The translations under genes and the position numbers were made by a program. Under the pieces are notes generated by a model. The model was not told the DNA's origin. It made no database searches and saw nothing but the letters and a program-made list of their open reading frames with translations. Positions 8,619-17,068 of a stretch of DNA of 64,000 bases are shown here, in pieces. Each line of letters starts with the position of its first letter. The first letter of the stretch is position 1. Source of the DNA: a virus. The stretch is from IMG/VR virus record IMGVR_UViG_3300045988_115355, positions 1 through 64,000 of that record; one strand, 5' to 3'.

Positions 8619-9116
8619 ATGAAATTAAAGATTAAAGTTAAAGTAAAATTTGATTCCCTTTTCCCTGAAGTCATTGATAAGGGAGATTGGGTGGATTTAA
8701 AATTGCCTTATTTGGCTATCTTAAATCCTTGTACAGCTAAGGGGAATGGGGAAATACAATTTTCCTATAATAACATTCCTTTGGGAATAGCTATGGAGCT
8801 TCCTAAAGGATTTGAAGCTATTGTTGCTCCAAGGAGTTCTACCTTTCAGAGGTATGGTATCATTCAAGCTAATGGGATAGGAGTGGTGGATAATAGCTAT
8901 TGTTCTGATAAAGATGAATGGCATTTCCCTATTATCTCTACAAAGAGAATTACTGTCTTTGAAGGTACAAGATTATGTCAGTTTAAGATACAGTTATCAC
9001 AGAAAGCTACCTTCTTACAGAAACTGAAATGGTTATTCTCTAATGGTATTGAATTTATCAAAGTCTCTTCTTTGGATAATGAGACAAGAGGGGGCTTTGG
9101 GAGTACAGGTGATTGA
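8619..9116 (+). CDS. dut: dUTP diphosphatase (dUTPase)
   Basis: All the conserved dUTPase motifs are present: 'VAPRSSTFQRYGI', 'GVVDNSYCSDKDEW', 'RLCQFKI', and the C-terminal 'TRGGFGSTGD'. Confidence 0.9.
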   Translation: MKLKIKVKVKFDSLFPEVIDKGDWVDLKLPYLAILNPCTAKGNGEIQFSYNNIPLGIAMELPKGFEAIVAPRSSTFQRYGIIQANGIGVVDNSYCSDKDEWHFPIISTKRITVFEGTRLCQFKIQLSQKATFLQKLKWLFSNGIEFIKVSSLDNETRGGFGSTGD

Positions 9117-9118
9117 AG

Positions 9119-9595
9119 ATGATTATAACAAGTATTATTATTTTTATCTTTGTAGTCTCTTGTATCTATATCAAGTATGAAATATCCAAGAGTATCTATG
9201 TACTTCCTTTCTTAGAGCCTGTAAAGGATTTAAAGTTCCCTATTATCACCTTTGATTGCCAAGGTAAGAAATTAAATTTTATCATTGACACAGGGAGTAT
9301 GGATTCTATTATAGACAGTGAAGTATGTAATACTCTTGAAGGAAGAGTGCTTGATAAACAGTCTACTATCTATGGTTTAAATGGGGTTCTTTCGCAAGCA
9401 TATTATATCCTAATAGATTTAGAGTATAAAGGGAATAAGGTCGAAAACTTATTCTTAACAGCAGATATCAAGGAGACTATGAAGGACTTTAAAGAATCTA
9501 AAGGTATAGAAATTCATGGTTTGATAGGTAGTAAATTCTTAAATGTTTATCAATCTATTATAGACTATAAGAAAGAGTGTTTAACATTTAAATAA
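9119..9595 (+). CDS. Membrane-anchored retropepsin-like (clan AA) aspartic protease, ~158 aa from ATG 9119 (track TTG start at 9113)
   Basis: Hydrophobic N-terminus 'MIITSIIIFIFVVSCIYI'. Active-site motif 'FIIDTGSMDS' (DTG at 9287-9295). C-terminal 'IHGLIGSKFL' matches the retropepsin hhGxDhL motif. Confidence 0.55.
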   Translation: MIITSIIIFIFVVSCIYIKYEISKSIYVLPFLEPVKDLKFPIITFDCQGKKLNFIIDTGSMDSIIDSEVCNTLEGRVLDKQSTIYGLNGVLSQAYYILIDLEYKGNKVENLFLTADIKETMKDFKESKGIEIHGLIGSKFLNVYQSIIDYKKECLTFK

Positions 9596-9601
9596 TAAGT
9601 T

Positions 9602-9799
9602 ATGTTTATTTCAATTTTAGATTATACCACTAATAGTGTGGTTGTAAGAGAAGTACCTAAAGAGCTTGAAGATGCCAGTGATGATGAAATCTTAGAAGGT
9701 GTGAATTTTGGTAATTTAGACTGCTCTTTTGTCATCAGTGATACTATGGAGGTAGATGTAAAAACAAAGAAAGTAAAGGTAAATATTTCTTTAGAGTAG
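9602..9799 (+). CDS. Hypothetical small acidic protein (65 aa)
   Basis: ATG ORF. Ends with TAG one codon before, and in the same frame as, the polymerase ATG. Confidence 0.35.
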   Translation: MFISILDYTTNSVVVREVPKELEDASDDEILEGVNFGNLDCSFVISDTMEVDVKTKKVKVNISLE

Positions 9800-9802
9800 A
9801 AG

Positions 9803-12130
9803 ATGGTTTATTTAGTATCTAAGAAAGAGTATAATTATCCTACTGTCAAGCAGATAACTGTAGATAAATCCTTAGACCTTTTAAAGGCTTGTGATAGACT
9901 GCAATTAGATACTGAAACTACAGGATTAGATGCTCATATAGATAAACTACTTACTCTCCAGTTAGGTAATGCTATTAAGAACTTTCAGATAGTTATAGAT
10001 GCTACAACCATTGATATCTTAATCTATAAAGAGATATTAGAGAATACATTCCTTATAGGTCATAACTTAAAGTTTGATTTACAATGGTTATATAATTATG
10101 GTATTCATCCTCTTAGGATATACGATACTATGATTGTAGAGCAGTTCCTACATTTAGGTTATCCTGCTTCTTTGGAGTTATCAGAAGAAGAGTATAAAGA
10201 AGAGCATTATCATTATCCTCACCATGCTTATCATAATAAGTATGGCGTTTATTCTTATAAACTAAGTTATGCTTTAGATGCAGTAGCTATGTTTAGAATA
10301 AATAAAAAGATTGATAAGACTATAAGAGGTCAGATTATCTATAGAGGATTAGATGAGAAGGTTATTCTTTATGCTGCTGGGGATGTAGAACCTCTTGAAG
10401 CTATTATGTATAAACAGCTTGAAGATGTAAAGAGAGTTCCTAATGCTCTTAGAGGGATGCAGATAGAATGTGAGTTTGTAGCTTCTGTGGCTTATCTGGA
10501 GTGGTGTGGTATTAAACTTGATGAATCTAAATGGAAAGAGAAGATGATGAGAGATAAACATAATCTCGATTTATCTTTAAAAGCCTTAGATGATTGGTTT
10601 ATAGCCTTCTTTATGGAGCATCATGTGGGAAATATCAGAAGCCCTACCATTAAGGTTACAAGGAAAGGCAGTAACATTCCTCATGGAGCTACGAATGTTC
10701 AGTTCCTCCCTAAAGAAAAGACTTATCAGTATGATGAAGTCATATCCCTTGTAGACAGTAATAATAATCCTTTGGTTGTTTATAATGACCAATATGATTT
10801 ATTCACTTCAAATGAGAACATAGGTACTTATAGATGTGAAATAAATTGGGCATCCTCTCGGCAAGTTATTCTTGTTGCTAAGATACTTGGCTTTGATGTT
10901 AATACTATAGATAAAAAGACAGGTAAAGAGAAAGAGAGTGCAGGCTTTGATGTTCTTAATCTACAGAGAGGTGTCAATGATGAGTTCTTAAGGTTATATT
11001 TAGGTGAAGGAAGAGAAGGTGATGATGATTATTTTGCAGGATATAGTGGGAGTTTTAAAGTATATACTTCCTTTGGGCAAGGGCATTTAAATGCTATTAA
11101 CCCTTATACAGGAAGAATACATACTGTTTATAGAGCTATAGGTACTATATCAGGTAGAATGTCTTCAGGCAGTTCTGACAGTAATAAATCTTTAGCTAAA
11201 GCAAAAGGCTTAAGCGCTAAAGATGTGAGTTATCCTAATATGCAACAATTACCCCATGATGCTATTACAAGAGCTTGTTTTATAGCTGAAAAAGGTAATG
11301 CTTTTATATCATGTGATTATAGTGCTATGGAGGCAAGAATTGGTGCTGATGTATATAATGAACATAAGTTACTTGATGAGTTTTTATATGGTTCAGGAGA
11401 TACACATGCTGTTTATGCCAAAGCAGTATATAAAGAGGAATTAAAAGATATTCCTACATCAGAAGTAAAGAAGAAAAGACCTGATTTAAGAAATGAAGTT
11501 AAGTCAGTGGAATTCGCCACACAATTTGGGTCTGATGGTACTGCTGCTGCTAAGAAATTAGGTATAACAGTAGAAGCATCAAAGGCTTTAGTAAGTAACT
11601 TGCTTAACGGAATGACAGGTCTAAAATCTTTTAAAGAAAAAGGAGGTAAATTTGTATTGGCTCATGGATATGTAGAGATGCTTCCTGATACAGGACATAG
11701 AGGCTATTGGGTACATTATAAGAAATTTATGAGAATGCAAAAGAGCTTTACTACAGAGTTTTGGGATAAGTATAGAACTATTCATAAGCCTAATAAAGAT
11801 AAGGTCTATTATCAAGTGAAGACTTATTTTAAAGAAAGGTCTAAATGGTGTGATAGGTTAACCCTTAATATGCCAACGCAAGGCGGAGGAAGTGTTTGCC
11901 TGAAAGTAGCTGTAAATAGTATATATAGATGGATTATAGAGCATGGTTATTGGGATAAAATACTGTTTGTTAATTTCACTCATGATGAGATAAATAGTGA
12001 ATGCCCTGAAGAGATAAAAGAAGAATATGCTAAGGTAGTCAAAACTAAAATGCTTGAAGCAGCTGCATTGTTCTACCATAAGCTACCTATTCCTGCTGAA
12101 GCAGAGATAAGTGACCATTGGGTACATTAA
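9803..12130 (+). CDS. Family A (Pol I-like) DNA polymerase with an N-terminal 3'-5' exonuclease domain, 775 aa
   Basis: Exo I 'LDTETTGLD'. Exo II 'GHNLKFDLQWL'. Pol motif A 'CDYSAMEARIG' (~11315). Motif B 'RNEVKSVEFATQFGSDG' (R..K...F..YG-like). Motif C 'FTHDEI' (~11981). Confidence 0.9.
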   Translation: MVYLVSKKEYNYPTVKQITVDKSLDLLKACDRLQLDTETTGLDAHIDKLLTLQLGNAIKNFQIVIDATTIDILIYKEILENTFLIGHNLKFDLQWLYNYGIHPLRIYDTMIVEQFLHLGYPASLELSEEEYKEEHYHYPHHAYHNKYGVYSYKLSYALDAVAMFRINKKIDKTIRGQIIYRGLDEKVILYAAGDVEPLEAIMYKQLEDVKRVPNALRGMQIECEFVASVAYLEWCGIKLDESKWKEKMMRDKHNLDLSLKALDDWFIAFFMEHHVGNIRSPTIKVTRKGSNIPHGATNVQFLPKEKTYQYDEVISLVDSNNNPLVVYNDQYDLFTSNENIGTYRCEINWASSRQVILVAKILGFDVNTIDKKTGKEKESAGFDVLNLQRGVNDEFLRLYLGEGREGDDDYFAGYSGSFKVYTSFGQGHLNAINPYTGRIHTVYRAIGTISGRMSSGSSDSNKSLAKAKGLSAKDVSYPNMQQLPHDAITRACFIAEKGNAFISCDYSAMEARIGADVYNEHKLLDEFLYGSGDTHAVYAKAVYKEELKDIPTSEVKKKRPDLRNEVKSVEFATQFGSDGTAAAKKLGITVEASKALVSNLLNGMTGLKSFKEKGGKFVLAHGYVEMLPDTGHRGYWVHYKKFMRMQKSFTTEFWDKYRTIHKPNKDKVYYQVKTYFKERSKWCDRLTLNMPTQGGGSVCLKVAVNSIYRWIIEHGYWDKILFVNFTHDEINSECPEEIKEEYAKVVKTKMLEAAALFYHKLPIPAEAEISDHWVH

Positions 12131-12243
12131 ATAAGTATAAATAAGGCTGAAATTACAATTTTATTTATAGTTTTGGCCTTATTATATGCTATTTGAGAGA
12201 TAGAATATGTAAAACAAGGTATTTTAATTTCAAAATAAATAAG

Positions 12244-12822
12244 ATGAAAGAAGATATTAAAGAAGACATAAGAAGCTATAATATAGGACAATCTGATTAT
12301 AGTAAGTACAAGATACAACCTTGGGATATATGGGAAGAATACCAACTCAACCCTTGGGATGCTGATATTGTCAAGAGAGTACTAAGAACAAAAGAAGGCG
12401 AAGACAGGATTACAGATTATGAAAAGATTATTCATATCTGTAAAAAGAGAATTGAACAACTTCACAAACAGAAAGCTACTGTAAAAGTAGTAGAAGAAAA
12501 TACTCCTAAGATAAATTTTGAGGATATTCAAAAGAGGATGCTTGAAAATATGCCTAAGTTAAAGTTTGAAAAGAATGGTAATAAAGATGAGTATAGAGAT
12601 ACTAATGGTATATTGTGTGAGAGTTATTACATCCATCAGGCTTTATGTGTAAATACTTTTGGTAAACGTCCTTGGGGTTTAGTTTATGGTAAGATTGAAT
12701 TTCCAAAAAGCATATCATGGTATGATACATTAGAGGAAGCTATGAAGGCAGCTAATGAGGATTACAAAAGAAGAATAAAAAGAATAGTATTAGGACTTAA
12801 TTATATGAGTGAAAAAGATTAA
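12244..12822 (+). CDS. DUF3310-like phage protein (192 aa from ATG 12244; track TTG start at 12193)
   Basis: 'YKIQPWDIWEEYQLNPWDADIVKRVLRTKEGED' resembles the DUF3310 core 'IEPIDYI....N.IKYV.RWK.KGG'. Confidence 0.45.
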   Translation: MKEDIKEDIRSYNIGQSDYSKYKIQPWDIWEEYQLNPWDADIVKRVLRTKEGEDRITDYEKIIHICKKRIEQLHKQKATVKVVEENTPKINFEDIQKRMLENMPKLKFEKNGNKDEYRDTNGILCESYYIHQALCVNTFGKRPWGLVYGKIEFPKSISWYDTLEEAMKAANEDYKRRIKRIVLGLNYMSEKD

Positions 12823-13294
12823 GTTATGAAATGCCTATAAACATGGCTGAAAATTTAATGAAAAATCAAGGCTTTATTAGCCAAGAAGATTTCAGAGAAT
12901 GGTATTACTTATAAAACAATGTAATTATGTGTACAGAAGCAGAACACTTGTCTGAAATATATAATGATTATGATGCAAGATACGATGATGAATATATTGC
13001 AGACAGAGAATATGAAAGGTTATGTACTCTTTAAAACTTAGCAGGTACAAGAGTATGTAAAAAGAAACGCCGTCTTAATAAAAAGGATAAGAATTTATAT
13101 CTTATTATACAGGATAGCAGAAAAGATAATACAACTCTTATGCTTGTTGATAGAAGAAAATCAAAGGGTTATTGGTGGACACATGACTTCTCTATTGCCT
13201 ATAAGGGTAATAAAGAAGACATGAAAAAGGCTGCTAAGAAACTTAAAAAGAACAATGTTAGAGTTGTAAGTTATGAGAAATATTTGAATAGCTT

Positions 13295-13528
13295 ATGAGG
13301 AATATTAAACGTTGGTGGTTCAAAAAGAAAATACATTTCTTATGTAACTGTATTAAACAAATAAACAAGTTATATAATAAGCATTGTAGAAAACAGAGAA
13401 TTCCTCTGTTGGGAGAGATAGATAATATAACTCCTGAAGAAACAAGAGAGTTATGGTATTTATTACAAGCAGTAAGAGATTTGGAATATGATATATGGAA
13501 AGTATATCATGCAATAGACGATGATTAA
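13295..13528 (+). CDS. Hypothetical small Cys/His-containing protein (77 aa)
   Basis: ATG ORF inside a low-coding AT-rich stretch. 'CNC...HC' spacing suggests a possible zinc-binding site. Confidence 0.3.
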   Translation: MRNIKRWWFKKKIHFLCNCIKQINKLYNKHCRKQRIPLLGEIDNITPEETRELWYLLQAVRDLEYDIWKVYHAIDDD

Positions 13529-13539
13529 AAGTTAAAGTT

Positions 13540-13710
13540 ATGACAATATTAGAATTACAAAAAAGATTACAAGAATTATACAAAGAGAATGGGGATATAG
13601 ATGTCCTTATTCAAAATGGTGATGAGGGAGTTGACTATGAAGGCCAAAGACCTATTCAAGGAGTATATGTTGAAGGGGAAATTCCTAATGATATGGTTAT
13701 TATAACATAA
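13540..13710 (+). CDS. Hypothetical small acidic protein (56 aa)
   Basis: ATG ORF 'MTILELQKRLQELYKENGDIDVLIQNGDEG...'. Not in the track because it is under 60 aa. Confidence 0.25.
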   Translation: MTILELQKRLQELYKENGDIDVLIQNGDEGVDYEGQRPIQGVYVEGEIPNDMVIIT

Positions 13711-13857
13711 AAGATAGGCTATGAGTAAATTATTTTCCAAACGTAAGTTTAAAAAAGTTTGCAAAACATATAGGAGGGGTATCCCCTTAAAAACAAAGTT
13801 ATTAAGGTACATATATGAACGTTATGCCATTGATTGGTATTACGAGGAACATGCAGA

Positions 13858-13865
13858 TATGTTTG
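13858..13865 (+). promoter_or_regulatory. Candidate Bacteroidota-type -7 promoter element 'TATGTTTG' (TAnnTTTG), 20 nt upstream of ATG 13885
   Basis: Motif read directly from the sequence. No clear -33 TTTG. Confidence 0.3.
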
Positions 13866-13884
13866 AAACTAACAGATATTAATT

Positions 13885-14205
13885 ATGAATAGAGAAAAAG
13901 AAATAAGTAAAGCAGCACAAAATTACATTATTACAGATGAAACATGTGGTGTTGGCGTTAGAACACAAGCATTCATTGATAAAGCTAAATGGGCCGACAA
14001 GTACCCTAAAAGTCCTTGGCATTCTGCAGCTGATGAGGATTTGCCACCATCTAATAAAAACTGTTTATTTTATTATCAAGGAGATTTATATACAGGTTTT
14101 ATGCGTGGGGATAATAGTTTATATTTAGACTATAATTTAAGACTTCATTTAGATGTTAATGATATTAAATATTGGATGGAAATTCCAGAGTTACCAAATA
14201 GTTAA
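13885..14205 (+). CDS. Hypothetical protein (106 aa)
   Basis: ATG ORF. The next ORF (14209) is in the same frame after a single TAA + AGT. Confidence 0.45.
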   Translation: MNREKEISKAAQNYIITDETCGVGVRTQAFIDKAKWADKYPKSPWHSAADEDLPPSNKNCLFYYQGDLYTGFMRGDNSLYLDYNLRLHLDVNDIKYWMEIPELPNS

Positions 14206-14208
14206 AGT

Positions 14209-14472
14209 ATGAAACCATATAGAGTTAAACATAAAGCAAGTGGGTTGTATTATCAACCTACTTGCAATAGAAATAATTTGTCTAAAACAGGCAAGGTTTA
14301 TCTGACAAAGAATAACGTATTAAATGGAACAGATATTTTTGTATATATCTCACTTAACAAGGAAGGCAGGATTTGGAAAAAGTATGGAAAGTTTTTTCCT
14401 ACTTTAAAACCTTATCATTTTGATATGACAGGTAGAGTTCCTAAAACAGAATTTGAAATAGAAGAATTATGA
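14209..14472 (+). CDS. Hypothetical protein (87 aa)
   Basis: ATG ORF. Confidence 0.4.
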   Translation: MKPYRVKHKASGLYYQPTCNRNNLSKTGKVYLTKNNVLNGTDIFVYISLNKEGRIWKKYGKFFPTLKPYHFDMTGRVPKTEFEIEEL

Positions 14473-14653
14473 AAAGATTATTATTTACAGTTTTATTCTG
14501 CTTATCTATTTATGGATTAGTGGCTTTTATAGGATGAGATATAGAATGGTGTTATACAAGGACAATCAATGACTTGAATGGTTTTGATAGATTTTGTTTT
14601 GCAATGCCAACTATTATCCTTGCACAGGTTATTTGTCCTTTAATGGAAGAGAA

Positions 14654-14821
14654 ATGAAAAAGATATTATTAATAGCATCACCATTCTTTATTATCTATCT
14701 GATAGCAGCATTTATATGTTGGGATATAGAATGGATTATAAGTGGCTGGGAATGGAGAGTATGGTATATAATTGCCTGCTCTACCATTTCATTGGCTGTA
14801 TGTGTAGATTTAAAAGCATGA
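14654..14821 (+). CDS. Small membrane protein (~55 aa from internal ATG 'MKKILLIASPFFIIYLIAAFICW')
   Basis: Single predicted TM helix. Its stop overlaps the next ATG as ATGA. The track ORF 14594..14821 is in the same frame. Confidence 0.35.
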   Translation: MKKILLIASPFFIIYLIAAFICWDIEWIISGWEWRVWYIIACSTISLAVCVDLKA

Positions 14822-15003
14822 ACGCTATAACAGTAAAAGATAAGCAGTACATCTTGGTTAATAGTCATAAGAAGGATACAAGATGTGAAGATTGTGATTT
14901 ACACAATCACTTATGTGATTGTCTGTGCTACACTATGGCTACATTATGTGGCTTAAAGAGTGGTACAGACTATGTGTTTAAAGAATTAAAAGTTGAAAGG
15001 TAA
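14818..15003 (+). CDS. Small Cys-rich protein (~61 aa, 'MNAITVKDKQ...CEDCDLHNHLCDCLC...')
   Basis: Internal ATG of the track ORF 14716..15003. Cys/His cluster. Confidence 0.35.
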   Translation: MNAITVKDKQYILVNSHKKDTRCEDCDLHNHLCDCLCYTMATLCGLKSGTDYVFKELKVER

Positions 15004-15004
15004 T

Positions 15005-15301
15005 ATGAAAAGAATAACAGAAATTAGCCAACTTACAAAAGGTGATGTTATTGTAACAATAGCAGACCATAAAATTGTGAAAAGGGAGTTTATTTGTGTG
15101 CACCCTCACAATGATAAGTATTCAATATTCTTGGATGAATATTATGATGGATGTAAGAAGTTTTACAATGAAACTCTCAAATTTAATAAATGGTATTTGT
15201 TTACAGACAGTAAGGAGGAATTGAAATACCTAAATGCTATGATGGTTGAGGAATTCAAAAAGGAAATGGATTTTTACGAACGGTATAGTAAAAAATTATG
15301 A
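15005..15301 (+). CDS. Hypothetical protein (~98 aa from ATG 15005; track TTG start at 14993)
   Basis: ORF. No motif. Confidence 0.4.
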   Translation: MKRITEISQLTKGDVIVTIADHKIVKREFICVHPHNDKYSIFLDEYYDGCKKFYNETLKFNKWYLFTDSKEELKYLNAMMVEEFKKEMDFYERYSKKL

Positions 15302-15843
15302 ATAGAGAAATATTATTTAGAGCAAAATGTGGTGGAGTATGGCGTTATGGAAGCTATGTCCATCTTGATAAAAAGCCAATTCACGATTGCTATAATGACA
15401 AATATAGAGATTTTATTGTAGTAAATGAAGTAGATGGTGAACATTATTATCCTATTATAGATTTAGAAACTATTGGTCAGTATACAGGTTTAAAAGACAA
15501 GAATGGGAATAAAATCTTTGAGGGTGATATAGTACAATATTATACATTAGAAACTTATTGTATTAATCCTGATTGTGATTTAGCTGTACAAGGATATGGA
15601 AGTAAACTTATTGTAAAAACAGCTGAAGTAATATATGATAATACTTTTTTCTGTGTAGATGACGAGAGTGAAAACTACAATCGGTTAAGTTATTGTGGTA
15701 TTGATAGTGAATTCTTAAAGGAATTACAAGAAAAGGAAAGCAATGATGCTTATTTTGATGCTAATGGTTATGAAATAGATAACTCTATTATAGGCATTAA
15801 AGTTATAGGTAATGTATGTGAAAATTATGGATTAATACTATAG
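15298..15843 (+). CDS. YopX-family phage protein (181 aa)
   Basis: 'REILFRAK...[21 protein letters not shown]' matches the YopX-domain hallmark ('MREIKFRAW...[21 protein letters not shown]'). Confidence 0.6.
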   Translation: [181 protein letters not shown]

Positions 15844-15848
15844 AATGT

Positions 15849-16130
15849 ATGAAAAAGATAATGTTTTCAGATGATTACTGTTTAACACAAGCAGTACTGA
15901 ATAGAACAAAAACAATGAAGAGGGAAAAACTTATTATTCCTACAACTTTTGAAGGTAAAGATGTATATGGTTTCAATGTTCTTACTAATAGTAAAGGTAC
16001 TCAATGTGTAGACCTGTTAGATAAAGAAGGTAATGTAATAGGTAATTGGAAACCTAAGTATGAAGTAGGTGAAATGATAGCTATTGCACAGCCTTATAAG
16101 GCCATTGTAAAATCTATGGCTGAATATTGA
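15849..16130 (+). CDS. N-terminal part (93 aa) of a possible ASCH/PUA-like protein. It ends at TGA 16128-16130, and the next ORF follows in the same frame.
   Basis: 'FSDDYCLTQAVLNRTKTMKRE' resembles the ASCH N-terminal motif ('ILAGRKTITIR' in E. coli YqfB). Confidence 0.35.
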   Translation: MKKIMFSDDYCLTQAVLNRTKTMKREKLIIPTTFEGKDVYGFNVLTNSKGTQCVDLLDKEGNVIGNWKPKYEVGEMIAIAQPYKAIVKSMAEY

Positions 16131-16136
16131 GATATT

Positions 16137-16478
16137 ATGTTTGATAATAGTGGTAAGCTCCTTAATGAGTATAAACAAGGATGGAATAATAAATTATTTG
16201 TTGAAGCCTCTTTAATGCCTCATCATATCAAAATTACTGATGTCAAGGTAGAACACTTACAGGATATTTCAGATAATGATATAATGCACAAAGGTGTTTT
16301 TCAACTTTATGATAATAATAAATTGTTTTATATTTCTAAAGCTGTAGGCCATTCTACTATGATGGCATTTATAAGTACTCATCATGCCTTTCATTATCTC
16401 ATTGACAAAATCATGGGCAAAGGCACATGGGAGCGCAATCCATGGGTAGTAGCCTATAGTTTTAAATTAGTAGATTAA
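16137..16478 (+). CDS. C-terminal part (113 aa) of the possible ASCH-like protein (same frame as 15849..16130)
   Basis: C-terminus 'ERNPWVVAYSFKLVD' resembles the ASCH C-terminal 'FYVIEFKCL' strand. Confidence 0.35.
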   Translation: MFDNSGKLLNEYKQGWNNKLFVEASLMPHHIKITDVKVEHLQDISDNDIMHKGVFQLYDNNKLFYISKAVGHSTMMAFISTHHAFHYLIDKIMGKGTWERNPWVVAYSFKLVD

Positions 16479-16636
16479 TATATGGACGAATTAAGAAAAG
16501 AATATATCATTCCTGTGCATTTAAATCATGCAGAAGTGATTGATTGTAGTTATCTACTCAATAAAAAGAGTAAATCACGTGCAGGGTCAACCTCCTACGC
16601 AAGTAATAGGAAAAAGAAACGTAAAAAATAAATATT

Positions 16637-17068
16637 ATGAAGAAATATACAATAGAGGCAACAAAAGAGCAATTAGAAGGAATTGCTTATGCTTGTCAGA
16701 TAACTGACAGGTTAATCCTTGGACAACTTAGTATTCCCTTGCAAGATGTTTGTTTAGATGCAGTAGAAAGAAGATATAAAGGTAATCCTGAATTATTTAT
16801 GAGAAATAAGATTAGAGAAACATCTGATATTGTAAATAGGCATATTCAAGAATTACAAGAATTATGTTGGGGACTAAAGAAGGGCGAATATAATGGAGTA
16901 GGCTATGATGAGTATGCTGATATGCTCTTCGATATTCAGAAAGTAATTGAGCATTCATTATGGTTAGAAAAGCCTAATGATAAGAAAAATTATAGTACAA
17001 ATGATGCTTTTCCTCCTAAGCAATATGGGGAAGAGCCATTAATAACAATTAAATCAAAAGAAGTATGA
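16637..17068 (+). CDS. Hypothetical protein (143 aa)
   Basis: ATG ORF. Its stop overlaps the MazG-like ATG as ATGA. Confidence 0.45.
   Translation: MKKYTIEATKEQLEGIAYACQITDRLILGQLSIPLQDVCLDAVERRYKGNPELFMRNKIRETSDIVNRHIQELQELCWGLKKGEYNGVGYDEYADMLFDIQKVIEHSLWLEKPNDKKNYSTNDAFPPKQYGEEPLITIKSKEV

Noticed and set aside
8352-9116. The 85-aa ORF 8352..8609 as an N-terminal extension of dUTPase (same frame, single TAA between them)
   Set aside because: The dUTPase has all five motifs and a normal length starting from its own ATG at 8619. The shared frame is most likely coincidence.
12140-12181. Inverted repeat 'ataaggc'...'gccttat' after the polymerase gene as a terminator
   Set aside because: The 7-bp AT-rich stem has a ~28-nt loop, which is too weak. 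It overlaps a possible TAGTTTTG -7 motif (12168-12175) that is itself poorly spaced from the next ATG.
13775-13787. Palindrome 'aggggtatcccct' as a rho-independent terminator
   Set aside because: The loop is only 3 nt and there is no U-tract on either side. It is kept only as a possible protein-binding site in the low-coding region.
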